Of a stretch of DNA of 64,000 nucleotides, positions 40,566 through 52,025 are shown one piece after another. Location: assembly GCA_013239625.1 (NCBI GenBank), contig MU054323.1, positions 7,119,220-7,183,219 on the forward strand. The letters run 5' to 3'. Under the pieces are notes generated by a model that saw only the letters and a list, made by a program, of their open reading frames with translations, was not told the origin of the DNA and did not search any database. Position 1 is the first letter of the stretch; every line of letters starts with the position of its first letter. The position numbers were made by a program, and so were the translations under genes. The stretch comes from Lama guanicoe (taxonomy: Eukaryota).

Positions 40566-41311
40566 GTGGGCCCTGGGCGAGGGGCGGGACCTGGGCGAGG
40601 GGCGGGGCCCCGGCGAGGGCGGGGGCGGGGCCCTGGCCTGGACCCGCGGAGGATGGGACAGAGGGGCGGCAGGGCGGCGTAGGATTGTCATCCATTCATA
40701 TCGTGTTACTCACGAACACTGAGGAAAATGGAGTTAATCCGCTGTGCGCACAGCGTACAGAGTGGCCTGGGCCTGACTTGAGTGAGTGCACAGAACAATC
40801 TCCCTGGGTTTCTCAGCCGGGACTTCAGATCAGAGGCTAAGAGAGGCGAACTCTTCCTGCACCCCAGTCCCTATTAGGCCTGCCTGATGCTTCCACAGTG
40901 GAGTAATTGGAGGGGAGGTGGGAGTGAAGAAGAGAAAAAGAAGGGAATAGGAAAGGGAGAAGGCCGTGGATAAGCACGTGGATGTGGAACAGGACTGTAA
41001 AGCCCCCGCGTGCACGTAAGGGCTCATCACTTTCAGATCCTTCCTGTCCTTGTGTCACTGGAGCTTCCCCTCTCCATCCCGGAGACCTTAACCAGTCTCA
41101 GAAATAACAAGTGAAGGAACGGGAGCCGGAAAGAGTCCTCTGCAGTTACCTAGGTGTCTCCCTCTGAGTCTTAATCGTCTCTCTAGAGAAGCAGCCTGCA
41201 CTCTTTGCAGTAGTTTGTTCAGCTGAAAGGCTGAGCTGAGACCCCGGCAGCTGGCGGCCTTACCTGGGCCAACCCTCTCCTCCCTTCCCTCTGCCCTCCC
41301 TGCTCCCCCAG

Positions 41312-41423
41312 GCTCCTTTGCCAGCACGTTGCCCACGTACCAGCGCTCCGAGGTGATCCTCTTCATCATGAGCAAGGTCCCGCTGCCTTCCCTGCATCAC
41401 CCCGTGGAGACGGGGAGGACGGG
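41312..41423 (+). CDS. EFR3B: EFR3B exon 11 (112 nt), SFASTLPTYQRSEVILFIMSKVPLPSLHHPVETGRT(G)
   Basis: ccccag|GC and GG|gtgagt; read manually because it is not in the ORF track. Confidence 0.94.
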
Positions 41424-41813
41424 GTGAGTCTACCACACTTTTCCCCCTCTTCCTCTCCCAGCCTAGATTCCACCCCAGATTCCCCTTTGCACATTTTCCA
41501 GCTCTCTCTTTTCTGCACCTCAACTTTCCTGGTGCTGCCCTCACTGTCTTCTCTCATTCTACTCTCAGATCCCTCAGCAGGCTTTCGTGGGCCTTTGGAT
41601 CCCACAACAGTTCCTCAGGCTGTCCCGCCAATAAGGAGGGGAGCCATTAATTCCCTAGTCTGCATCCTGGCTCTGGAGGTCACTGTCCAGGGTAACCCAA
41701 CAAGATAAGCCTCATAGAGAATCTAATCACGAGAGAGAACTGGGCAGGCAAGTGTGGGGTCTTCACTCGCCCATATCACCATCCTGGTGAGTATTTGTGT
41801 CTCTGGTCTATAG

Positions 41814-41865
41814 GGAGAACAGGAACCGGCTGACCCAGATTATGCTGCTGAAATCCCTCCTTCAG
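41814..41865 (+). CDS. EFR3B: EFR3B exon 12 (52 nt), ENRNRLTQIMLLKSLLQ
   Basis: ctatag|G and CAG|gtgagc. Confidence 0.95.
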
Positions 41866-42405
41866 GTGAGCCTCTCCTGTCCCCATTCCTGCTCTGCCTC
41901 TGCAGGAGGCAGCTCCTTCCAAGGGACCAAGAGATGGCTACCACATACAGTTGTGCAGGTGGCACACTGTACAAATATGCCCGGCCAAAGGGGTGAGTGG
42001 GGGCTGAAATCCAACCTGTGTTCCACTCACTAGCCAGGCTGGGTACTCACAGGGCTGGGTTATCCAAAACAGGCAGGACACCTCTTTCTAACTTTCACAG
42101 AGGTACCTTCTCAGCTACTGATGGCCTTGTCACCCAAATGTTATCTCTGTATTGAGATGGAATCTATTGATTCTTGCCCCTTTTCCCTCCAAGGACCACC
42201 CCAGGTCCCTTCCACCTGTTTCTCCCTTGGCACCTGTGCCCACGTCAGTCTCCCAGCTACCATCTTTCCCTTTATTAGTATTTTTAATTTTACTTTTTTT
42301 TATTGAAGCATAGTTGGCTTACAATATTGTATTAATTTCTGGTGTACAGCATAGTGATTCAGTTATACATATATCCCTTATTAGTTTTTTTACATTAATC
42401 TTCTT

Positions 42406-42525
42406 ATTTTATTTTGGGGGGAGGTAATTAGGTTTTTATTTATTTTTAATGGAGTGCTGGGGATTGAACCCAGGACCTTGTGCATGCTAGGCACGTGCTC
42501 TACCACTGAGCTATACCCTCCCCCC
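42406..42525 (-). mobile_element. tRNA-derived SINE, long form
   Basis: ggggattgaacccaggacc...taccactgagctataccctcccc; TSD ttacatt(a/c)atcttctt at 42390-42405 and 42526-42541. Confidence 0.9.
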
Positions 42526-43047
42526 TTACATTCATCTTCTTTCCTTCTTTGCAGCCATCAATGGAGCCTAGATTTACTGTTCTCAAATGCTGTTCATATA
42601 ACCAACTTATTTAATATATGGATTCTCTAGAGATTTTGCACTGAGAGGGTGAGGTCCTAGAATGTGTCTTTGTAACAAGCTCCCCAGGTGTTCTTAGGCA
42701 CAGCCTTGGCCTAAACTCTGGGTATCTCCCAACTATTATTCTCATAGTTGCTCCACCTCTCCTCACCTATCATAAATACAACCAAGAAGAATTTTCTAGA
42801 AATGAGGTTCCCCACATGCTGCTCCTTGTTAAAGAGTAAGTCTCAGGTTCCAATTGATGTGCATTCAGATTTCAAACTTCTCAGACTGAATTTGAAGGTC
42901 CCCAGTCACTTTTCCCTCCTGAGACTCCCCTACATCACACCTAGCCCGTCTCTGCTCTAACCATGCCACTCTGCCCGCCCCCTCTTTCCCTCATGCCTTC
43001 CCTTCCCTCTATTCCCTCTACCCAGCCCCACTGTTCACATCACTCTA

Positions 43048-43140
43048 TTTTTTTTTTTTAGTGGAAGTACTGGGGATTGAACCCAGGACCTCATGCATGC
43101 TAAGCATGCGCTCTACCACTGAGCTGCTCCCACCCCTCAG
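43048..43140 (-). mobile_element. tRNA-derived SINE, short form
   Basis: poly-T then gtactggggattgaacccaggacctcatgcatgctaagcatgcgctctaccactgagct; TSD catcact(c/t)tattttt. Confidence 0.9.
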
Positions 43141-43992
43141 CATCACTTTATTTTTATAAAGGCTTTTTGTGCTCACATATCTGGTTACCTTGTGGGTCTA
43201 TGTACTCCTACCATTTCTTTACTGAGTTTGCCCTCATTAATTTGTGCCCAGCTTGTCACCAACGTGACAGTTTGCAGCACACACACACATGCGGCCCCCT
43301 TCAGTGAACACTGATGTTTACTCTTGATGCCACTAGCCTTTACTAGAGCCTCAGCGGCCTGTTAGATCATCAAAGGCATCGTTTTGCAATATGGACTTAA
43401 CAGTAAATATGTTTTGCTGCTTCTGACTGCTTTGACAACATCATGGATGAAGTGTCTGTTTGTGCCAACTGGCTTTAATTAGAAGCCCTGCATCATGGCC
43501 AGGCTGGAAGAGGTGTAAGCAAGTGCAGTGTGCGCGCTTTGGCTGTTGCCTTGTGCGTGGGTTCTGATTCCTTGGCCCAGCTGTAAGTTCTCCCGCTGTC
43601 TCTCCATTTCTTTGTGACTGTCCGTGCTCCAAATGAGGCGTGTTTGTGGTGAATATTCGTCAGTTGTGCCCTAATGGGCTGGAACATTAGGTTCCGAAGC
43701 TCCCTGGCCTCTGCCCGCCTCTCGTGCTCATCATTTGCTTGCTTTTAACAGCGTAATGTTTCTGCATACGGTCCCCACCAACCCCCAGGTCAGCTAAACT
43801 GAGCTGAGCAGGTTGCCTGGGTAGATGTTGGAGGGTTCAAAAAAGTTGCCTAAGGTGGAGGATGTGGGGAGCTGGGATGGGAGATGTTTAGAGAGGATGG
43901 GTGCTTCAGACCCAACTTCTGCTGGCTGCTCCTCTATCTCCTTGCTGCTGCCAAGAAAGTTCCTAAGCACACTCTCCTGGGCTCCCTTGCAG

Positions 43993-44165
43993 GTATCCAC
44001 TGGTTTCCAGTGCAACAACATGATGTCAGCTCTGCCCAGCAACTTCCTTGACCGCCTTCTCTCCACTGCCCTCATGGAGGATGCAGAGATCCGTCTCTTC
44101 GTTCTAGAGATTCTCATCAGTTTCATTGATCGTCATGGCAACCGCCACAAGTTCTCTACCATCAG
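43993..44165 (+). CDS. EFR3B: EFR3B exon 13 (173 nt), VSTGFQCNNMMSALPSNFLDRLLSTALMEDAEIRLFVLEILISFIDRHGNRHKFSTI(S)
   Basis: ttgcag|GTA and AG|gtgaac. Confidence 0.96.
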
Positions 44166-44676
44166 GTGAACTTGGAGTCTCCCCTCCAGCTGATGTGTGA
44201 TGAAGGAGAAGACTCCTGTTAGGACCTCACACCTAGGTGGGAGGACAATTCAGCTCTTCAGTGGGACCCACCAGGGAGCTGATCATGGATATGGACCCTG
44301 AGGACCTGCAAGGGCAGGAGAGACTGGAAGGGCTCTTCTACCTGGCGGGGAGGAAGCAGAGGGAGGGATTGGAAATTTGAGAGATACAGAGCAGGTACCA
44401 AAAGGAGCTCTCAGGTGGGGAGGAAAGAAGGGGATGCAGGATTATCAGTAGAGACTAGGGGAGGGGAGCTTAAAAGGAGGAAAGAGACGAAGGAGAGAGT
44501 AATCTGGATCAGTATTTAAGAAAAAGAGGCAGGCACTTGAGAACTTGGTAGAAAGTGGAGATCAGGCTAAGAACCAGGGCTGGAGGAACACTAGGAGGCG
44601 TTGGAACAACCAATGCCACGTGAGCTCTGGCTGGCCTCATACAAGGGCTAAGGTGGCCTCTCATGTCCCCTCGCAG

Positions 44677-44752
44677 TACCCTCAGTGACATCTCTATCCT
44701 GAAGCTGAAAGTGGACAAGTGCTCCCGACAGGACACCATTTTCATGAAGAAG
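44677..44752 (+). CDS. EFR3B: EFR3B exon 14 (76 nt), TLSDISILKLKVDKCSRQDTIFMKK
   Basis: tcgcag|T and AAG|gttagc; read manually. Confidence 0.94.
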
Positions 44753-44868
44753 GTTAGCAAGTGTGACCTCAAGACATAGTAAACCCTGGGTGGGCCAGGC
44801 CCTCTGGATCCCAGCCTTCCAGCCCCCAGATCACCCCAGACCAGGCCCCCAAAGCCTGCTTCCTCCTC

Positions 44869-44960
44869 TTTTTCTTTTTTTAGTGGAGGTACTGGGGATT
44901 GAACCCAGGACCTCGTGCATGCTAGGCACACACTCCACCACTGAGCTATACTCTCCACAC
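44869..44960 (-). mobile_element. tRNA-derived SINE, short form
   Basis: T-rich tail then ggaggtactggggattgaacccaggacctcgtgcatgctagg...actgagctata. Confidence 0.88.
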
Positions 44961-45309
44961 CGCCCTTTGACTATGCTTAGTCCAGACAACAAGCCAACGC
45001 CACTAGGGGATCAAGCTCCCGGGTCATATTTAGAGCCAGAGTGAGGACCACCCCTTGACTGTGTTCTCCTAAAACCAGATTTCAGCAGCAGCTCTTGTTG
45101 CTGGTTTCACTGGACCCGCCCTTCCCTAAACATGTCCTCCTGCATGTCCTGGCTTCCACCGCGGTCTGCTTTAAGGGCATCCTCTCCCCGAGGTGGAGGT
45201 GGGTTACACACAGCTGTGCCACCCCATCAGACTGATCTTCCTATTCTCGTGCCTCCCTGTCCCCATCCCGCCCGCCATGGCCTTGCCCCCACTTTTGCCC
45301 CATCTCCAG

Positions 45310-45471
45310 CACTCCCAGCAGCTCTACAGACACATCTACCTGAGCTGTAAGGAGGAAACGAACATACAGAAGCACTACGAGGCGCTCTACGGCTTGCTGG
45401 CGCTCATCAGCATCGAGCTGGCCAACGAGGAGGTGGTGGTAGACCTCATCCGCCTGGTGCTGGCCGTTCAG
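45310..45471 (+). CDS. EFR3B: EFR3B exon 15 (162 nt), HSQQLYRHIYLSCKEETNIQKHYEALYGLLALISIELANEEVVVDLIRLVLAVQ
   Basis: ctccag|CAC and CAG|gtgggg. Confidence 0.96.
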
Positions 45472-46105
45472 GTGGGGTCCGGTGTGGGCAGGACATAGAG
45501 CTTGGGGTCGGGGGAGGGGACCTGTGTTGGCCAAGCACTACTGAGTGCCAGGTAGCCACCCCTTAAAAGTTGTTTTGGAGCCCAGGAATGTCACACCCTG
45601 GTTGGCCATTCCTCCATGAAGACCACAAGCCAGGGTCCTGTTTAGGGACCCACCGAAGAGTGCTTCATTCACGACTTTGCCTCATCTTCAGACTAAAGGA
45701 GACCCAGGAAATAGGGTCTTTTAAAAACATCCTTTCACCCCTAGTATGTCAGGTCTCTTGCAAGGTTCTGAATGAGACTCCGGGAATCACCGAGAGGGTA
45801 CCTGTAAGCCCGGAGTGATCCTGAAACAAACTTGTTTGTCTAAAGATCATCTCGTTCCCAAATCTGGCTGTGCTTCGAATCGCCTTGAGCACTTATTTAA
45901 AATATGTATTCGGAGTTCTGTCCCCAAGCTTGGGGACCTGGAGACTCAACAAGCCCCCCTCGTTGAGTCTTAGGGAACCAGCGTGGCACTAGATAGGCCT
46001 TTAGACTTTCCAGGTCTGCCTGGGTGGACGCGTACTCCCCAGGATGCTGGGAATTGGGGTGCTGAGGGTGGGGCACCAGTATAGATTTTCAATGTGTCGC
46101 CACAG

Positions 46106-46237
46106 GACGTGGCCCAGGTCAACGAAGAGAATTTGCCTGTTTACAACCGCTGTGCCCTCTACGCGCTGGGCGCCGCCTACCTGAACCTCATCAGCCAGCT
46201 CACAACCGTGCCTGCCTTCTGCCAGCACATCCATGAG
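46106..46237 (+). CDS. EFR3B: EFR3B exon 16 (132 nt), DVAQVNEENLPVYNRCALYALGAAYLNLISQLTTVPAFCQHIHE
   Basis: ccacag|GAC and GAG|gttggc. Confidence 0.96.
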
Positions 46238-47630
46238 GTTGGCTACCCAGAGAGTTCGGGGGGGCCCTTGACTTGGGGTTTCCCCAGAACAGCTTTTCCT
46301 TAATTGCATGAGCCCTGTGCATGGTCTAGGCGTGCGAACTAATGATAGTGAGAAAGAGGCGGCATCTCCTCCTGTAGGAGACGACACAGCACAGGGCAGT
46401 ATCCTGTACCCCTTCCCAACCTGCTACCTGCCCCCCTCTACTTCCTGCCCCTCTGTGCTTCCCCCGCTCCTGGAAGTGCATATACACACACCCTCAGGTC
46501 GTCTGGGACTAAAGCTACTTTAAAAAAAGATTTTGTTATGAAAGTTTTCAAATATCATAAAAGCTGCGTGGGTAAATAAACATCTGCACAGCTATCATGC
46601 AGGTTAAGCAGTTAGGAAGACTTTGCACATTTGCTTCATCTGTCTCCTTTTCTTTTGCTTTTTCTTTGCTGACATATGTTCAAACAAGCCTCAGCTATCA
46701 TGTCATTTCACCCCTATATATATCAGTATTCATGGCTAAAAAAACATGGACACCTTCCTACATAATTTCCATGTGATTTATATGCCTAATTAAATGATCA
46801 GTTATCCCTTGGTGTTGTTATCTTGTACCCAGTCTGTAATCAGATGTTCTTAGTTGTTGCGAAAAGGTATCTTAAAACACACCAAACTATATATAAGTGG
46901 AATCATATAATGTGTAGGATTAACGTTAAAATACACCAGCAAAACAAAATAAAACTAAACAAGGAAGCCCACGTCTCAGCTGGCCTGGCCTGGCCTGGGG
47001 TCACAGAGGAAGGTGAGATATCGCTGTGCCCGAGACCATCCTGAGCGAGGCAGGGAATCCCCGGCTGCTGGGCTGATACAGGAGGGCAGGACAGGGAATG
47101 CCCCGACATCCTCCTCATTAAAAGTAGTAGCATCGAGGCTTACTCACCTCCTGCACGAACTTGCATGCCAGCTGTCCTGCCACTTCTCACCATCTTAATA
47201 GCTGTCACCTTTCTTGTCAAAAATTTGCAAAGGATGTTGAGGGAAACTCAGCATGTCACTCTTCATCAGGATGTTTTGCAGCACCCCTGGGTTTGGGGAA
47301 CAGTGTGACCTATGCTCTCCTTTTCGTGTTTCAACAAGAAAATAGAGCACGGGAGCAAGAAACAGAATTCTCTTGGGAGCTAAGACCTCTGCATGGGGAG
47401 GACCCTTAACGCATGTGTGTCCCTGGGGACAGCTTGAGCAGGGTTTCTTAGGCTGCCCTGAGGGTCCCTGTTGGTCTGAGTTGCTCTCTCAGAAGCCCAG
47501 CTGTCGGTGCTCTGCTGGGAGTTTGTGGGAGGGAGGAAGCCCTTAGTGGGTGGGAGCTCCTTCATTTCCTGCTCCGAACTCCCTCTCCCTGCTGAACCCA
47601 GCTCTTCCTGTGACTCCTCCCAAACCTCAG

Positions 47631-47698
47631 GTGATAGAGACCAGGAAGAAAGAGGCTCCGTACATGCTCCCTGAGGATGTGTTTGTGGAGAGGCCCAG
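47631..47698 (+). CDS. EFR3B: EFR3B exon 17 (68 nt), VIETRKKEAPYMLPEDVFVERP(R)
   Basis: cctcag|GTG and AG|gtgagg; read manually. Confidence 0.94.
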
Positions 47699-48310
47699 GT
47701 GAGGAGCACCCCGGGGACATGGTCAAAGGCACCCAAGGCAGCTGAGCAAGAAGGCAGGCAGTGGGAGGTCAGGGACTCAGGAGCAGAAAGTGGACCCTGC
47801 CTGTGGCCAGGACGTCCTGGGTCCCCTTACATGACTGTAATCCATGCCTTAGGCCTTCCTGGAATGTTGTACTGTAAAGTATGGGATACATCCTCTGGGA
47901 ACTTTGGCCAAGGCCATGGGAACACATCCTGGAGGAGTCCTTCCTGACAAGACACTGCCATCAATCCAAGTGGCCTTCTCAGACTGTATTCTGTGGGCCG
48001 GTATCACTTCGGCATCAGAGGAACTCAAGGAAAAGACACTCTGAAAAAAACAAAATATCTTGCAAATCCCACAATAGGAAATGGCTTTATAAATTATGGC
48101 CCATTCACATCATTGACAACTGGTAGCCCATCCACAGTGTTCTGGAAGAATAGTCCATGTGAAATATTCACTATATAATAGGAGAGAAAAATAGATCCTG
48201 TAACAGGACTGTGAGGGACAGGGCTGTGTTTGTGTGTGTGCATCCGTGCGTGTGACTGAGCGATTCTGCACAAAATGTGAATGCAATTCTCCCTGGAAAG
48301 TGAGACTGTA

Positions 48311-48401
48311 AAGAGGGAGGGAAATAGCTCAGTGGTAGAACACATGCTTAGCATGCACGAGGTCCTGAATCCATTAAAAAAGAAAGAAAGGAAAAAAGAA
48401 A
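48311..48401 (+). mobile_element. tRNA-derived SINE with internal deletion of the B-box arm
   Basis: gggagggaaatagctcagtggtagaacacatgcttagcatgcacgaggtcctg-aatccattaaaa; imperfect TSD gaaagt(ga/cg)gactgt. Confidence 0.85.
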
Positions 48402-48548
48402 GAAAGTCGGACTGTGGCTGATTTTTTTTCCTTTTGCTTCTCTGTCATTTTGTATAATGGACGTTACTTTTATAATAAAGAAAGTCATTAGGAAATCATT
48501 CTCACCACCCATGGTTCTCACTTGCTCCCTCCCTCCTTTGTCCCCCAG

Positions 48549-48676
48549 GCTGTCTCAAAACCTCGATGGAGTGGTGATTGAGTTTCTCTTCCGCCAGAGC
48601 AAGATCAGTGAAGTCCTGGGGGGCAGTGGTTACAATTCAGACAGGCTCTGCCTGCCCTACGTCCCTCAGCTGACAG
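48549..48676 (+). CDS. EFR3B: EFR3B exon 18 (128 nt), LSQNLDGVVIEFLFRQSKISEVLGGSGYNSDRLCLPYVPQLT(D)
   Basis: ccccag|G and G|gtatga. Confidence 0.96.
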
Positions 48677-49446
48677 GTATGAGCTCTGCTCGAGGACGTC
48701 CAACCCTGCCTCTGGCTTTTCTTGGCCAGGCAAGAGCCTGAATGTCAGGGACTTGAGAGTCCTTCGGTCGCCTTCCATGGCACCTCGGATGTCATACAAG
48801 AGCTGAAAGACACAGTGCAAATTTATGGTGAGGTCTTGATTTCCCCACCACTCCTCCTCAGTGCAGGACCCTTTGGAGTAGCCAGCCCACGAGGTAGCCT
48901 GGCCCGTGCACGGGAGAGGCCCCACTGTGCCGGAAAGAGCACACGTAGGCTCTGGAATCAGAGACCCGGTTCTCTGCAACTGACTCCCTGAAAAATCTTA
49001 GATGAGTCCCTTGGCATCCCTTGAGTCTCAGTTCCCTTGGCATCTCTTGAGTCTCAGTTCCCTTGACCATAAAATAGAGATATTAACAGCACCTGCCCTA
49101 AAGGGTAGAGGCAAATGCACGTATAGATGCTACACAAATGACAGCCTCTGGTGCCATCAGCAGATGGCGTGTGTGCAAGTTGAGGCACGCTGTCTGGTCA
49201 TAAGCAGCATTTTTGTGACCATCAATGATTTCAAAATCTTAGCCCCAAAGAGCAAAATTCACCACTCTAAGATGGGCAGAGAAAGGTGCTTCCATAAACC
49301 CCAGCTATATCCTCAGTGTGTACTGAGCCGTCGGAGGACTGTGGACCAGGCAGAGGCAGAGGGGTTGGGAGATGGTGCTGGAGGCGTGATCCTGGCTCTC
49401 TCTCCAAGGGCTGGCAGCTCTAGCTTCTGGGTTTCTCATTTCCCAG

Positions 49447-49538
49447 ATGAGGATCGCTTATCCAAGAGGAAGAGCATTGGAGAAACCATTTCCCTTCAGG
49501 TGGAGGTGGAATCCAGGAACAGCCCAGAGAAGGAGGAG
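49447..49538 (+). CDS. EFR3B: EFR3B exon 19 (92 nt), EDRLSKRKSIGETISLQVEVESRNSPEKEE
   Basis: tcccag|AT and GAG|gtgagt. Confidence 0.96.
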
Positions 49539-49581
49539 GTGAGTGTCACAGTAACAAGGGAGTCCTCAAGATGCATGATGC

Positions 49582-49696
49582 TTTTTTTGAGGGGGGGTAA
49601 TTATGTATTTAGTTACTGAATGGAGGTACTGGTGATGAACCCAGGACCTCACGCATGCTAGGCATGTGCTCCATCACTGAGCCGTACCCTCCCCTC
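49582..49696 (-). mobile_element. tRNA-derived SINE, long form, diverged
   Basis: gggggggtaatta...ggaggtactggtgatgaacccaggacctcacgcatgctaggcatgtgctccatcactgagccgtaccctcccc. Confidence 0.85.
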
Positions 49697-50439
49697 TAAT
49701 ATGCTTGTTTTTAATGGTGACTCTGCCAATTAAGGGAATTGATGGAGATGCGGGGAAACTTAACAAGAAGTGAGGAGGATGCACATCTGGGTGGGACTGG
49801 GACTAGAACACTTTCGGGGTCCTTGGGTCCAGACAGCCTGGCACAGCCATGGAGAAGAGCCTGGACACCCAGTCTTGCCGCAAATGAGCCTGGAGCAAGA
49901 AGTCAGTTAGGTCAAGATCAGGCCTCCCTCTAAACGCCCTCAGCCATTCCCGCAGCTCCTTGGTCTGGAACCTTCCCATGGAAAGAAGGAAGCTCAGACT
50001 CAAGCTAATTGGAGAAGTAAAATGAGGTTGAGCCAGGTGTCCTCCAAGGCCCTTCCAGCAATGCAAGACTGGGAACCTCACATGTGTTAGGGTCACAGCT
50101 TGAGTTGGTTGTTGTCCACTCCATTGTTGTAATTCTCCCTTCCCAAGAATTGAGAGACCCTCAGGAATTGGTAAGTAAAGTGAAGCAGAAGGAGGAGGAG
50201 AAGTGCTTACCTGGGGACACAGCCACCTGCTCCCTCGTGGCCTCCTGGGTCACCAACATGGGTTCCTTCCCCTTTTCGAGATTCGGCTTAGCCCAGGGCT
50301 AAAGCAGGGGTGTGGGGGCCTCCACCCTTCTGCTGTGCTACACTTCTCTCCACTTCCAGCCCACTGTGCCCCATGCCCACCCCTCTGGAATCCCATGGTG
50401 GCTCCCTGTATCCTCAAACGCTAAGCTTATAGCAGGTGA

Positions 50440-50990
50440 TTAATTAATGCTGGTTTGGTCAAATTCCAAACCCAACGCCTGGCATTCAGAGCCATTTATC
50501 AGGAATGCCCTACCATTTCACTTCCTCTCTCCCTCCTCTCTGGTGCATTTCCACGGCCCCACGCTGGCTGGTCTGCTCTCTGTCTCCCCCATGCTCTCTC
50601 ATCCATCTCCACGTGTTTGCTAGTATGGAATCTCATGTTGAAATCACCCTTCCTCTCCACCTCTGCTTTCGTGAATTTCCCATTCTTTAAAGCCCACCTT
50701 ATGGTCCATCTCCTCCATGAGCTTCTCTCTACCTGCCTTCATCCAGTGATCTATCTTCCTTTTTTTCTCTCATCACCACATGGTTACCTGTGAATATCTG
50801 ATGTTGGTCAGTGCTGACAGTGGATGGATGGGTGGATGTACATATAGAAGATGAATCTTCAGAGTGAATGATGCTCAGTACAGCTCTCTCTTGCATGTAA
50901 TTCTTACAATAACAAATTTTGCCATTTTAACTGAGTGACTAGCCAAGAATCCTACACATAGTGGGTGCTCACTTAGAATTTGTTGAATGA
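50440..50990 (+). mobile_element. L2 fragments
   Basis: caaattccaaacccaacgcctggcattcagagcc, pyrimidine-rich body, gtgggtgctcac...atttgttgaatga end. Confidence 0.55.
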
Positions 50991-51976
50991 CTGTCCCATA
51001 CCTACACTTCTGTCCATTCCTGCTCAAACAAGCATTTGTGGAATGCCAAGCTCAATGAATTTTCCCAAAGTGAATATACTCGTGTACTCACACCTGGATC
51101 AGGGACTAGGACGTTGCCTTGCCCCCTGCCTCTGCACCCCCTTCCCAAAGGCAGCCACTAGCCTGACTTATGTCACTTCTTGAACTTTGTATCAGTGAAA
51201 TAATTCTCTGCTTGTCTGCTTCTTTCACTTAATATTACATTTAAGTGATGGAATATGAGTAAATCACGGGTCTTACCTCAAGGAATTCATAGTCTAGTGA
51301 GAATTTCTGGAATTTAGTCCAAATTCCTTCACTATTTTCAGTATCTGACCTAAGCAACACATCCATAGAGCACCCTTCTTTGGGTTTTATTATTTCCTAC
51401 CTCCTTTTATGGGTTCTGCAGAGGACTGAGATCCTGTGACCCAGGTCCTTGGACCAGCCTCAGTGTGTCTTACCTTTATTGAATACTTGGATCACCTTGG
51501 TGGATAATTTAAAATCAGATGTCTTCAAAAATGTTAATCAGTTCTTGAAATTTTCATTTGAGATTATATTTGCTAACTACCTTCTGTTGCTTTGAATATT
51601 TTCTGTTACCTTCTCTAAAGTTTTGTTTTCATTACAGTGTCCCCCACCCCCACCCCCCGCCGCCCCAGGGCTTAATGGGACCAGCTGGAGGGAGGGGAGA
51701 AGAAGAGGGCAGCGAGTTCTTTTAGGTGGGACTTGTGACTGATGGGGTCTCAGCCTCCCCAAGTCCACCTCTCACTGCTCTCCTTCAACTGGAAGCTCTG
51801 TGACTGCTCGGGGAGCTTCTGGAGACACTGGTGAGAATATGGGTGTCCCGAGGGAGTTTCTGCCCATCAGGACATCCTTCTGAGAAATGGAAGGACTACC
51901 AGGTAACTAAGGAAGCCAAAGCTGCCTTCTTCCCACCCCCGAGCACTTTTCTGAGCATTTCTTCCCCTCTCCTCAG

Positions 51977-52025
51977 CGAGTGCCCGCCGAGGAGATCACC
52001 TATGAGACGCTAAAGAAAGCCATTG
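51977..52025 (+). CDS. EFR3B: EFR3B exon 20 (49 nt), RVPAEEITYETLKKAI(V)
   Basis: cctcag|CGA and G|gtaagt; read manually. Confidence 0.94.

Noticed and set aside
41718..41792. Strong decoy donor CTG|gtgagt 27 nt before the exon 12 acceptor, possible mutually exclusive exon
   Set aside because: Candidate acceptors are weak and give a frameshift or in-frame stop; no similarity to exon 12
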